Source: an uncultured Methanosarcinales archaeon (GTDB lineage: Archaea > Nanobdellota > Nanobdellia > Woesearchaeales > GW2011-AR9). Taken from it: a stretch of 62,776 nt of DNA. Shown in pieces: positions 19,641 through 28,458 of the stretch. Both the position numbers and the translations under genes were made by a program. The notes beneath the pieces are model-generated. The model did no database searches, had not been told where the DNA came from, and was given only the letters and a program-made list of their open reading frames with translations. Position 1 is the first letter of the stretch. Every line of letters begins with the position of its first letter. The stretch covers positions 1 through 62,776 of the forward strand of contig CAYIZT010000001.1 of the NCBI GenBank assembly GCA_964368095.1, read 5' to 3'.

Positions 19641-20261
19641 ATGAAAAAAGAAAAAGTAAGTGCTCATAAAGTGGAAAAATTGCTTAAAGATATCAAAATT
19701 TATCTAGCCAAAATTCTTAAGGTAAATACGGAACAACAGAAAAACTCCATGAGTAAAGGATGGCAATTTTTCTTTAGTTGGACTATGTTAATCATAACAG
19801 TGTTAACATTACTTACTGCATCAGGAATTTATGTAGTTTTAAGTTCCTCACCTTCTTTAGAAAAACCAATCTATGATATTTCTGTATTAGTATCGCCTAC
19901 GGAAATTAAACTCAACGAAGAAGGAAATATTCCCCTTACATTTACTTTTAGGAATACTGGAAAAGAGAATATATCCGACTTTGATGTTTCTGAAATAAAT
20001 TTATATAGGTTAGAAAAAGGAAAACCAGTCCAACTTTACCAAATGTACTACCCTGGGAACAAAAATGAGTTATTTTGTAGCAACTCTTACTCTTACGGTA
20101 GACAAAGTAATTTTGTTGTAGATGATGTATGCACCATAAAAACAAAAATATATGCTTGTAAAAGTTGTTTTGATGATAAAGATAAAGTCCCACAAATATA
20201 TGTTTACTTCAAATCAGTTCCTCCTTTAGAGAATAAAGTAATTAACCTGTCCATTTACTGA
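19641..20261 (+). CDS. Membrane-anchored extracytoplasmic protein
   Basis: Single N-terminal TM (WQFFFSWTMLIITVLTLLTASGIYVVL) followed by a Cys-containing soluble domain. The track ORF starts at a GTG at 19623. Confidence 0.45.
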   Translation: MKKEKVSAHKVEKLLKDIKIYLAKILKVNTEQQKNSMSKGWQFFFSWTMLIITVLTLLTASGIYVVLSSSPSLEKPIYDISVLVSPTEIKLNEEGNIPLTFTFRNTGKENISDFDVSEINLYRLEKGKPVQLYQMYYPGNKNELFCSNSYSYGRQSNFVVDDVCTIKTKIYACKSCFDDKDKVPQIYVYFKSVPPLENKVINLSIY

Positions 20262-20300
20262 ATTTTCACAAGACAATTCCAAGATAATTTATAAACAATA

Positions 20301-21983
20301 ATGAAATTGAATAATAAGATGAATAATAGAAGATACTTGATAGCATTCTTGTTTATAGTAATACTAATTTCTTCTGTAACTTCTGCTTATGCCGTTGATA
20401 ATCCAGATGGTGAAACATATGTTGTTGCCATTCAAAATGGTAAATTTAATCTTTCAAACATAGAGGTAGGGGTAGGCGATACAGTAGAATGGATAAATAA
20501 AGATCCAATCAGTCATGATTTTTATTTATTCGGGCGATATGAACCTGATTTAAAGGGAGGATTAGTACTCCATCATGCAGATTTACCTACTGGTATCCTC
20601 ATAAAGTACCTCTTTGATTATGAGGGTATAACGAGAGCTTTTGGTTCAGAAACTTTAACAGGAGTAAGATATTGTTTATCACAAGAATGCTCTGGAACAA
20701 TTAATCTAAAAATAGAAGCATTCAAGGAACTTGAACAAGCGCTTGAGATCTCCAGCAATGAACCGGAAACAACCGTTGAAGAAACCCCGCTCCCGCCTTC
20801 TCCCACTGAAGAAGTAAAATTCTCAACACCAACAAACAATGAACAGTTAACAGCTATAGAAGAACAAGCTCCGATTTTTCCTTCCAAAAGCAAAACTTAT
20901 TTTCTAATAGGATTAGCTATATTAATTGCTTTAGTAGCCAGTGGATATGGGTTATGGGCAATTTATGGTTTAAGAACTATTACAAAAAGATTGGAAAAAG
21001 AAGTTAAAACTGAAACAAAAGAAGTTGAAGTAGAAGAAAAGAAAAAAGTTAATTTTGATATTAAAGAAGTAATTTCCGTTTCCAATTTTACCTTAAAATA
21101 TGGCCAAAAAACAATCTTAGAAAATGTTAGTTTTGAAATTAATAAAGGAGAAATGGTTTGTTTGCTTGGGCCTTCTGGGACCGGCAAGTCAACTATAATA
21201 GAAGCTTTGGTGGGTAGAAAAACACCCACAAAAGGAATATTAAAAATCTTAGGTAGAGATATATCAAAAGATAGGAATATTTTTGATTATGTCGGTTTTG
21301 TTCCTCAACATGCAGAGTTGTACATGAATCAAACAGTAGAACAGAACTTATTGAGCAGCGCAACTAAATGGGGGATTAAAAACGCAAAAGAAAAAGCAGA
21401 AAAGATATTGTTGAAGATTGATTTATCACATAGGAAAGACCTAAAAGCAAGTAAGCTGTCGGGTGGACAACAAAAGCTTCTTTCTTTAGGGATGGAGCTT
21501 ATTAGGGATATCGAAGTATGTATCTTAGATGAGCCAACAACCGGACTTGATCCAAATACAAGAAATAATATAATCACTATTTTAAGTCATATTTCCTCAC
21601 AAATGCATAAAACAATATTTTTCACTACACATTTTATGGATGACGCAGAAGAATGCGATAACGTAATAATTCTAGCAGATAAAAGGATTGTTGCCCAAGG
21701 GCCCCCATCAAAATTAGAGAGAATGCTTCCGGGCGGCGGAAGAGTTGTTAGTATCGTTTTAGATAATGTAACGGAAGATTTGATCGAAAAGATTGAGAAT
21801 TTAGAAGGAGTCAAGAAAGTGATTAGGGAAGGTAGAACTTTAAAAATTATTAGCAATGAACCAAATGCTGTACAGATGGGACATAAAATAGATGGAATTG
21901 GTGGAAGCGTAAACGAAGTAAAAATAGAAAGAGCAACAATAATGGAAGTTTTTGTTTATCATACCGGAAAGAAACCTGAATAA
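20301..21983 (+). CDS. ABC transporter ATPase fused to an N-terminal extracytoplasmic cupredoxin-like domain and a TM helix
   Basis: Signal/TM segment, then a GDTVEWINKDPISHDF cupredoxin-like strand pattern, then a TM (YFLIGLAILIALVASGYGLWAIYGL). The ABC motifs follow: Walker A GPSGTGKST, signature LSGGQQK and Walker B ILDEPTTGLD. Confidence 0.8.
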   Translation: MKLNNKMNNRRYLIAFLFIVILISSVTSAYAVDNPDGETYVVAIQNGKFNLSNIEVGVGDTVEWINKDPISHDFYLFGRYEPDLKGGLVLHHADLPTGILIKYLFDYEGITRAFGSETLTGVRYCLSQECSGTINLKIEAFKELEQALEISSNEPETTVEETPLPPSPTEEVKFSTPTNNEQLTAIEEQAPIFPSKSKTYFLIGLAILIALVASGYGLWAIYGLRTITKRLEKEVKTETKEVEVEEKKKVNFDIKEVISVSNFTLKYGQKTILENVSFEINKGEMVCLLGPSGTGKSTIIEALVGRKTPTKGILKILGRDISKDRNIFDYVGFVPQHAELYMNQTVEQNLLSSATKWGIKNAKEKAEKILLKIDLSHRKDLKASKLSGGQQKLLSLGMELIRDIEVCILDEPTTGLDPNTRNNIITILSHISSQMHKTIFFTTHFMDDAEECDNVIILADKRIVAQGPPSKLERMLPGGGRVVSIVLDNVTEDLIEKIENLEGVKKVIREGRTLKIISNEPNAVQMGHKIDGIGGSVNEVKIERATIMEVFVYHTGKKPE

Positions 21984-21984
21984 A

Positions 21985-22752
21985 ATGGTAAAAGGACTAA
22001 CTAAAGCCATAAAACTTGAATTTACGTACCTTAAAGAAAGATGGTTAAGCACTTTAATATTTATATTAGCTTCTGCTTTAGTTGTTATTCTCTTCTTCTA
22101 TGTAGCAAAGATACCTGTTGGTTGGGGCGGATTAGGTGAGATAGGTTATACTTATTATGATCTCTTGGCTCCAATGATTTTTTCTTTGCTTATCTTGTTT
22201 GTAACCGTTCAGATGACTGTATTAAGGATTGTTGGAGAACGAGCTCCTTACGGGACATTAGATAGAGAATTGATAGCTATTTCAAGAACTGGGATGTATT
22301 TTGGTAAACTAATTGTACATTCAATTGTTGCTTTTTTACAATGCCTTTGTATCTACCTTGTCGGCTTCATTTTGTTTCCAGTTAAAAGTTATGCCTTGTC
22401 TCCCATACCGATACTGATTTTATTATTTTTACTGGCGTTATTCGGCTTATCTCTTGGATTAGCTGTTTCCATATTCTCAAAACACAAAGAAACAGCAGTA
22501 CAAATCGCTCCTTATTTAATATTAGGTTTGTTTGTTACATCTTTAATTCTAATTTTCCCCGGTATATCAATCAGTCAAAATACTAAAATTTTTATAATAA
22601 ATAATCCCGTAGCATTAATCTCTCAATCGCTGAACGAAATTATGTTAAATGGTGTAGGTTTTGAAGACATAATTTTAAGTATCCTTAAGATAATGGTTTG
22701 GATAGGGGGGCTGATAGCGCTAAGTTCCTTAAAATTTGGGCTAGAAAAATGA
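21985..22752 (+). CDS. ABC-2 type permease
   Basis: About 6 TM helices. The ATG lies 1 nt after the ATPase stop. The track ORF begins at 21952. Confidence 0.65.
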   Translation: MVKGLTKAIKLEFTYLKERWLSTLIFILASALVVILFFYVAKIPVGWGGLGEIGYTYYDLLAPMIFSLLILFVTVQMTVLRIVGERAPYGTLDRELIAISRTGMYFGKLIVHSIVAFLQCLCIYLVGFILFPVKSYALSPIPILILLFLLALFGLSLGLAVSIFSKHKETAVQIAPYLILGLFVTSLILIFPGISISQNTKIFIINNPVALISQSLNEIMLNGVGFEDIILSILKIMVWIGGLIALSSLKFGLEK

Positions 22753-23207
22753 CATTAATTACCAAATATTTACTAATTTTTTTACTTTTGTCAGTTATTT
22801 TTATTAGTGGTTGCATACCAGATTGTGGAAATGATTTAGAATGTTTTAAGGAAAGTGCTAAAAATTGTTCAAAATCAAAGGTGAATGTTGCTGACCAAGA
22901 TGGAAATAATATTAGGGTTACGATTAGGGGAGCAAATGAAGACTCTTGTAAAATTTCATTTAAAATAGAAAGTCTTGGCGAAAATTTTAAATCTATATAT
23001 CCTCAGGAATCAAAGATTGCAGTAGGTAAAACATTAAATTGCGAAATAAATAAAAAATATTTTGACCTTAAAAAATTCGATTACATCTCAGAAATTTTTA
23101 ATCTTCCAGATGAGTTCGATAAGTCTTGTTCTGGACCAATTAAAGAGTTGTTAGAAGGGCCGTTAAAACCAGTGATAGTAAATGAATTTCGGAAAATAAT
23201 CATTTAA
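22749..23207 (+). CDS. Putative lipoprotein
   Basis: MTLITKYLLIFLLLSVIFISGC carries a lipobox-like ISGC. ATGA overlap with the permease stop. The track ORF begins at 22698. Confidence 0.55.
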   Translation: MTLITKYLLIFLLLSVIFISGCIPDCGNDLECFKESAKNCSKSKVNVADQDGNNIRVTIRGANEDSCKISFKIESLGENFKSIYPQESKIAVGKTLNCEINKKYFDLKKFDYISEIFNLPDEFDKSCSGPIKELLEGPLKPVIVNEFRKIII

Positions 23208-23354
23208 GCTTTATCCACTCCCGCACTGGACAACCTTGGCTTAAGTATATAAACCAGTTGTGTTGCATTTTTCTTAAAACGCCATTCAGCTACTAAATTA
23301 TAATTTTTGTTAGTAACTGAAAATCATTTATGTAGCATCAGGTTCAGAATAATT

Positions 23355-24545
23355 ATGAAAAATACAACTCCACCGAAGCTTGTCCTTAGCGAGTTAGTTT
23401 TACCTACTAAATTAAGAGATTTAAAAGATCATTTTGCCGTTACAGTTTACAAGGATGTACGGAAAAAGTTAGCCATTTCAAAGGGAACTTTACTTCTCTT
23501 GAATGTGGATGGATATGAGCTAATCCGACAAGTATATCCTGATTTTCACATTACCTTGCCAAAGAGGCTTCTCAACTATCAGAAATATGGTGATGAAATT
23601 GTCTTACCTATCCTGAAAATAATAAAGCCTGAAGAATGTGAAAGAAGACCAATGAATGCTTTTTTAGAAAATAAACTAGATATTCGTTACTTTATTCCAA
23701 CAAAAACAGTAAATAGTATTCCGCTTCATATTATTGAAAGGAATCACGCGACTTCCTCCATCTGGTACTCAGTAGCCGGAGGCGTGCAACACGTAACCTT
23801 ACAACATTTTGCTGACATAGTCAAAGTTGCTGAGTTCTTAGGCTTCTATTTTGGCGATGGAACTACTTGTGATGGAATTCAAAGTTTCATATTAACAAAC
23901 TGCGAATCTTCAATACTAAATCACTGCATCGACTTCTGTGAAGAAGTAGGTATTAAAAGAACGCTTTGGAAAGTACAGGTCATTTACAGCACTAACAATG
24001 AGCTAACTCCAGAAATAAAGCAACGTTGCACAGAATACTGGAGCAAAGTTCTCAAACTTGAAGAAGAGAAAATTGTTTCAGTAACTAAATCCAAGAGCCA
24101 AAATGAAAGTTACCCTCATGGTTCAGCAAGAATTTTCATTGATAACACCATTTTAGTTGAAATATTCCTTCGTGGTCTTCTCAAGGGCGTAATCCAGCAT
24201 ATTTTCAATCCGCAAGAAACTGAAGATTATCAACTTATGGAAGGTTTTATGAGAGGCTTGCTCGCAGCGGAAGGCTGTGTTCTCTTAAATAAAAATGGAA
24301 GCGTGGTTAGAGTAAGTATTGCCTTCGATCCGCATTCTTCGGAGTTAGAGTTTTACAAGGTTCTGCTTCAAAATCTTGGAATAAGATATCATGCTGTAAG
24401 GAATAATGAATTGATTATTCAAAAGTATGAAAATATGCAGAAATTATATCGAATGGAAGCTTTCAAGCTACACTCAGAGCGACATAAAAAATTTATAACT
24501 GGGTTCAAAAACCATAAATTCTTCAAATATTGTGAGCTTGTATAA
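23355..24545 (+). CDS. Free-standing double-motif LAGLIDADG homing endonuclease
   Basis: Two LAGLIDADG-type helices: FLGFYFGDGT and FMRGLLAAEGC. The track ORF starts at a TTG at 23307; the first ATG is at 23355. Confidence 0.75.
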   Translation: MKNTTPPKLVLSELVLPTKLRDLKDHFAVTVYKDVRKKLAISKGTLLLLNVDGYELIRQVYPDFHITLPKRLLNYQKYGDEIVLPILKIIKPEECERRPMNAFLENKLDIRYFIPTKTVNSIPLHIIERNHATSSIWYSVAGGVQHVTLQHFADIVKVAEFLGFYFGDGTTCDGIQSFILTNCESSILNHCIDFCEEVGIKRTLWKVQVIYSTNNELTPEIKQRCTEYWSKVLKLEEEKIVSVTKSKSQNESYPHGSARIFIDNTILVEIFLRGLLKGVIQHIFNPQETEDYQLMEGFMRGLLAAEGCVLLNKNGSVVRVSIAFDPHSSELEFYKVLLQNLGIRYHAVRNNELIIQKYENMQKLYRMEAFKLHSERHKKFITGFKNHKFFKYCELV

Positions 24546-25641
24546 ACTTCTGTACCACTTTTTCTGCTTCCTTTCTTTTTTGTTGGTGTTCTTTCAAAAA
24601 AGCAGTAATTTTCTCAATAGTAATCTGTTTCAATTCACCGGACAGAAGTTTTCCTTTCTTATAATCATCGTAAATCTTTTCTAATTTTTTGTCATCAGGT
24701 TCTAAACCATATCTCAACATCTGAAAAGCGACATCAATATCTGGATTCCCACCTTTCTTTCTATGTTCTTCGAGGGTTGCCTGACCGCCAGAAAAAGCAT
24801 ATTTTTTAATTTTCGTGGCTGCTTCTTCAGGAGTATCTGTTAATGCTATGTATGAAGCAGGGTCGGATGAAGACATCTTCCCTCCTTTTAATCCGGGCAA
24901 GAACTTATGATAAGTTGAACTTAACTGTATAAATGGAAATTCTTTAATTCTTTGTGACAAGTCCCTTGCCAATCTGAGATGAGCATCTTGGTCACTTCCA
25001 ACAGGTACAACTACTGGCAATGGTTTGCCTTCAAATTCTGGCAGTTGTGGATGCAACATATCTGCGGCTTGGAGTAATGCAGAAGCCATTTTTCCAGGAG
25101 ATAGTTCTCCATAAATCGCATTGACTTCATTAAAAGTAACATGACGGGCTAGCATGCTAGCTAAGCTATAGTATGCACTAGCTTTTTTACCATCTGTAGA
25201 TCTTTTAGATTGAAAATAAAAATCACATTTTTTCAGATCTAATCCTAGCGCAACATAGTTAGTTAAATATTCTTGTATTGCTGTAGCTCGCAATTCTTTC
25301 ATATTTGGATTTCTAGAATTATACGCTTCAATGTCAGCAACAGTTAGGTATATCTTAGCTCCAAGCTTTTGATAGTGAATCATCTGATCAGCTACCATTT
25401 TATGACCAAAATGAAACTTTCCTGAAGGCATAAGCCCGGTCATCATTACAAACGGTTTCTTGTTTTCAATAGCTTCAGTAATTCTGCCAAAATCACGTTG
25501 GGCAAACACTAATCCGCGGCGAAATAATGGCTGCTCAAGAAATCTTTTGGGTAAATTGGTAAATGGCTGTAACCCAAATTCCCGCATAAGTTTACTATAA
25601 TCTACCTCTCCTTGGACTTCCCACGGTGTTACTTTAGCCAT
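24523..25641 (-). CDS. trpS: Tryptophanyl-tRNA synthetase (archaeal/eukaryotic type)
   Basis: VTPWEVQGEVDYSKLMREFG at the N-terminus, HIGH-type motif FHFGH, KMSKS-type motif KMSSS, and GGNPDIDV in the C-terminal region. The ATG at 25641 is preferred over the TTG at 25680. Confidence 0.9.
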   Translation of the reverse strand: MAKVTPWEVQGEVDYSKLMREFGLQPFTNLPKRFLEQPLFRRGLVFAQRDFGRITEAIENKKPFVMMTGLMPSGKFHFGHKMVADQMIHYQKLGAKIYLTVADIEAYNSRNPNMKELRATAIQEYLTNYVALGLDLKKCDFYFQSKRSTDGKKASAYYSLASMLARHVTFNEVNAIYGELSPGKMASALLQAADMLHPQLPEFEGKPLPVVVPVGSDQDAHLRLARDLSQRIKEFPFIQLSSTYHKFLPGLKGGKMSSSDPASYIALTDTPEEAATKIKKYAFSGGQATLEEHRKKGGNPDIDVAFQMLRYGLEPDDKKLEKIYDDYKKGKLLSGELKQITIEKITAFLKEHQQKRKEAEKVVQKFIQAHNI

Positions 25642-25698
25642 GGTCTTATGCTTGCGCGGGAAGTTTATATACTTTTTCAATATATGTTGTCACCCCAT

Positions 25699-26406
25699 CT
25701 ACCATATCTTTCTTGCTTTTAGACAGAGAATATCTGGATATGTTCCCTCTCCATAAAGGATGGGAATAAAAAATTCTCTATTCAATTGCGTTTCTACAAA
25801 GTTTTCCAACGTTATGTTTTTATTGCCCGGAGATTTTTTTAGGACATCGTACACAACATACTTCTCTTGTTGCACAAAGTTTGGAGAACCTGCCAATACA
25901 CCTAGGTTTACTAAGCCTTGCCGTAATTGTCCAATTACTCTTTCTACCGGTGTAGTGTGAGCATATTCTATAGATACCCCGAGCGGTACATTCTCAATTA
26001 ATGATACTCCTCTCGCAAAACCGGACATATCTACCACGCGGCGTAACGGAAAATATTTTGCCAATTCACTTTCTCCCACAGTTATGATAAAATTATCTGT
26101 TTTGACGATAGTTGAATGTATATCAAAAACATAATCAACTCCCTCCAGTTCTTTAAGTATTGTGTAGGCTAGCCGTTCCTCATACTTCCCTTTTTTGTTT
26201 CCTGGAAATGATCGGTTTAAATCCACTTTTACAAATCGTTGCTGCAGTTGCAATGCCTTCTCATTAGCGACAATGAATTTCATTGAACCTTTTATATCCA
26301 AATGCTTTAGTTTCCTAATAGCCTTTACGCCAATAGGTTCATTTCCATGTACTCCGCCAACTATGGCTATGGTCGGCGATTTAAATCCGTGTCTTGTAAC
26401 TTCCAT
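25699..26406 (-). CDS. Succinylglutamate desuccinylase/aspartoacylase-family zinc hydrolase
   Basis: IVGGVHGNEPIG and FDIHS motifs. The ATG at 26406 is preceded by GGAGGG. The track ORF extends to 26553 across the tRNA-like repeat. Confidence 0.65.
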   Translation of the reverse strand: MEVTRHGFKSPTIAIVGGVHGNEPIGVKAIRKLKHLDIKGSMKFIVANEKALQLQQRFVKVDLNRSFPGNKKGKYEERLAYTILKELEGVDYVFDIHSTIVKTDNFIITVGESELAKYFPLRRVVDMSGFARGVSLIENVPLGVSIEYAHTTPVERVIGQLRQGLVNLGVLAGSPNFVQQEKYVVYDVLKKSPGNKNITLENFVETQLNREFFIPILYGEGTYPDILCLKARKIW

Positions 26407-26421
26407 TTTTCCTTTCCCTCC

Positions 26422-26472
26422 ATTGTTTATTGAATGGAGACACTGAGAATTGAACTCAGAACTTTTGGTTTG
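26422..26472 (-). other. tRNA-Trp 3'-half-like remnant (a direct-repeat copy of part of the gene at 28223..28293)
   Basis: The minus strand reads CAAACCAAAAGTT-CTGAG-TTCAATT-CTCAG-TGTCTCC-A, so the T arm and 3' acceptor strand are intact. No matching 5' half is present. A 12/13-bp hairpin (26473-26503) lies directly upstream. Confidence 0.55.
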
Positions 26473-26549
26473 TACGGAAAACAAAGGCTGTTTTCGGTAC
26501 ATCCAAAAACAGAAAATTTCTGTTGATATAAAAAACTTTCTTCTGTAAT

Positions 26550-27269
26550 TCACGACTTATTTCTCATTCCCAATACTTTTTCTCTGGTAAGCATTTCTTT
26601 TCTGCATCTTTCAACAACACAATCTACAAGCACATCAATGGTATTCAATTTCGGTATTGGCGTATCTTCCAGCATCACCGCAAATTCAGTACAACCAAGC
26701 AATATCATCTGAGATCCCTGAGAGAGATATTTTTTTGCTATTCTTTCAGCCTTTTCTCTCTGGATATTTTTATCAGCGCCTTTATTAAAATTAAATACGG
26801 CCTCGCTCAATTCTTTGATCTCTTTTTCGTTAGGGTTAAGGTAATTAATCTCTTCAAAGGCATACAAACCTGATGAAATGGTACTTGGCGTGGCTACAAT
26901 CGTTACTTTGTTTATACCCCTGTTTTTTATTTTTTTACTCACCTCTTCCCGTAGATTGATGAGTTCTGTCGCGATTCCTGACTGCAGATAGACGTAATAA
27001 AGGTGGATAGTATTACAAACCATCACTATAAAATCAAGATTCATCTTATCCAGCTCTTGAAGTCCTTTTTTGTACATCTCTAAATCAGTATTTTCAACTT
27101 TATCAAAAATCAATTCAGGAGCAGGAATGCTGTTGATAATAATTTGAGGAAAATCCTGATTACTATTGATCAAGCCGGAATTCTGCAGTCTCTCAATTAA
27201 TTTCAAATAAAAAAATCCTGTCGCTTCAGGACCAATTCCGCCTAGTACTCCTATTCTTATCTGTTTCAT
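26550..27269 (-). CDS. Aspartate/glutamate racemase family protein
   Basis: IGVLGGIGPEAT at the N-terminus and a second catalytic-Cys motif LLGCTEF. Confidence 0.75.
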   Translation of the reverse strand: MKQIRIGVLGGIGPEATGFFYLKLIERLQNSGLINSNQDFPQIIINSIPAPELIFDKVENTDLEMYKKGLQELDKMNLDFIVMVCNTIHLYYVYLQSGIATELINLREEVSKKIKNRGINKVTIVATPSTISSGLYAFEEINYLNPNEKEIKELSEAVFNFNKGADKNIQREKAERIAKKYLSQGSQMILLGCTEFAVMLEDTPIPKLNTIDVLVDCVVERCRKEMLTREKVLGMRNKS

Positions 27270-27270
27270 T

Positions 27271-28196
27271 TTATGCCTCCTTATATAGTTTTATGATATT
27301 GTCTAGAACAAGAGCGATAGCTTTGCGTTTCAGCTTTTTCCCATACAAAGAATTGATCTCATCCTCTTCACAGCAATCTAATCCCAAAATGTGCCCACTC
27401 ACTGAAGCAATTTTACAAAAATACCGCAAGGCTTCATCACAACTTTGCTCCAGTTTTTGTCGAACTTTTCTTTCATCATCCTCTAAGAAAATTCTTTGTC
27501 CGTTATTTGGTCCACGAGAACTAGGAACATAATGAACAACAACATCTGCAGTTTTAGTTCCTAAAGCGTAGGCATCAAGAAGATAGCCAAATGAGATGCT
27601 CGAATTAAGTGCTTGCATAATCCTATCGTACTGTCTCTCCTTGGTCGGACCTACTTTCAACGAAAAACTACGGGAAGCCAGAAATTGAATACATGATAAT
27701 TCATGCATGGGATAATCTCTTGCTCCACTAAGCTGTCTTTTATTTTCAGGAACAGTTTCTATCAGTTTTTCAGTTAAATTTGAACTTCTAATTCTTTCCG
27801 TAGTTTCCTGAAAAATAGAACTATATCCTTCAGAACTCATAAACTCAGAACAGAACAAAATATTGGTCTTAAAACCATACACTGCGGTAAATTTTTCCAG
27901 TGCTTGTACCAGTCTGTCTCTTCCGCTCTCAATCAAACTGTCATCTTTACCATTTATTTTTAAAAATTCGTCTACAACTAACAAGCTAAAATCATCTAGG
28001 AAGGAGTATAACAAATAAATGGGCAATATATCTATAGGGGTTCCGGCGGCATCAAATCCAAGACCAAAAAATGCTTTTTGTGTTTTATCTTCTAAGCTTG
28101 GTGCTAAAACGCCACCGACAGTAATTCTTATTTATTTCTATTTTTCGTATACTTTCACTATTCTGTTCTGATCCATGCTTATTTTCTGTTTTCATT
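27271..28196 (-). pseudogene. TyrRS-like class Ic synthetase homologue with degenerate HIGH/KMSKS motifs and an apparent N-terminal frameshift
   Basis: The frame is open over 27271-28131 with no ATG before the TTG at 28026. It aligns by eye to archaeal TyrRS: GFDAAGTPIDILPIY against GFEPSGKIHLGHYL, YPMHELSCIQFL against YPIMQVNDIHYL, and VPSSRG...IFLEDDERKVRQKL against KMSSSKG..IAVDDSPEEIRAKI. An ATG at 28196 with an SD-like GTGAGG lies in a different frame (ORF 28196-28092). The total span is about 308 codons, the size of a TyrRS. Confidence 0.5.
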
Positions 28197-28222
28197 TTTC
28201 TTTTCCTCACTTGTTTATTGAA

Positions 28223-28293
28223 TGGAGACGCTGAGGATTGAACTCAGAACTTTCTGGTTGGAGCAGAATATTTTAGCGTTAAACTACGCCTCC
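28223..28293 (-). tRNA. tRNA-Trp (anticodon CCA)
   Basis: The minus strand reads GGAGGCG-TA-GTTT-AACGCTA-AAAT-A-TTCTG-CTCCAAC-CAGAA-AGTT-CTGAG-TTCAATC-CTCAG-CGTCTCC-A. This is a 7-bp acceptor stem with one G:U and 71 nt in total. The D loop lacks GG and no CCA is encoded. Confidence 0.6.
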
Positions 28294-28458
28294 GCAGTAT
28301 GAAATGGAGACTTCAGTTCCAACGCCAAGTAAAGAAAGTAGAACTATCTCTAGAAGATAAAATCAACACGTCTGAATCAAAAAGATTTGCAACTAATAAA
28401 AAGAATTTAGTAAGATTGCCAACGACAATCACCACTGGTATTAGTTGCCATAATTTTA

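Noticed and set aside
26422-26503. Complete second tRNA upstream of the desuccinylase-family gene
   Set aside because: Only the T arm, the 3' acceptor strand and part of the anticodon stem are present. The sequence 5' of it forms a simple 12/13-bp hairpin, and the candidate 5' acceptor strand (GGATGTA) mispairs. I interpret it as a duplicated 3' half.
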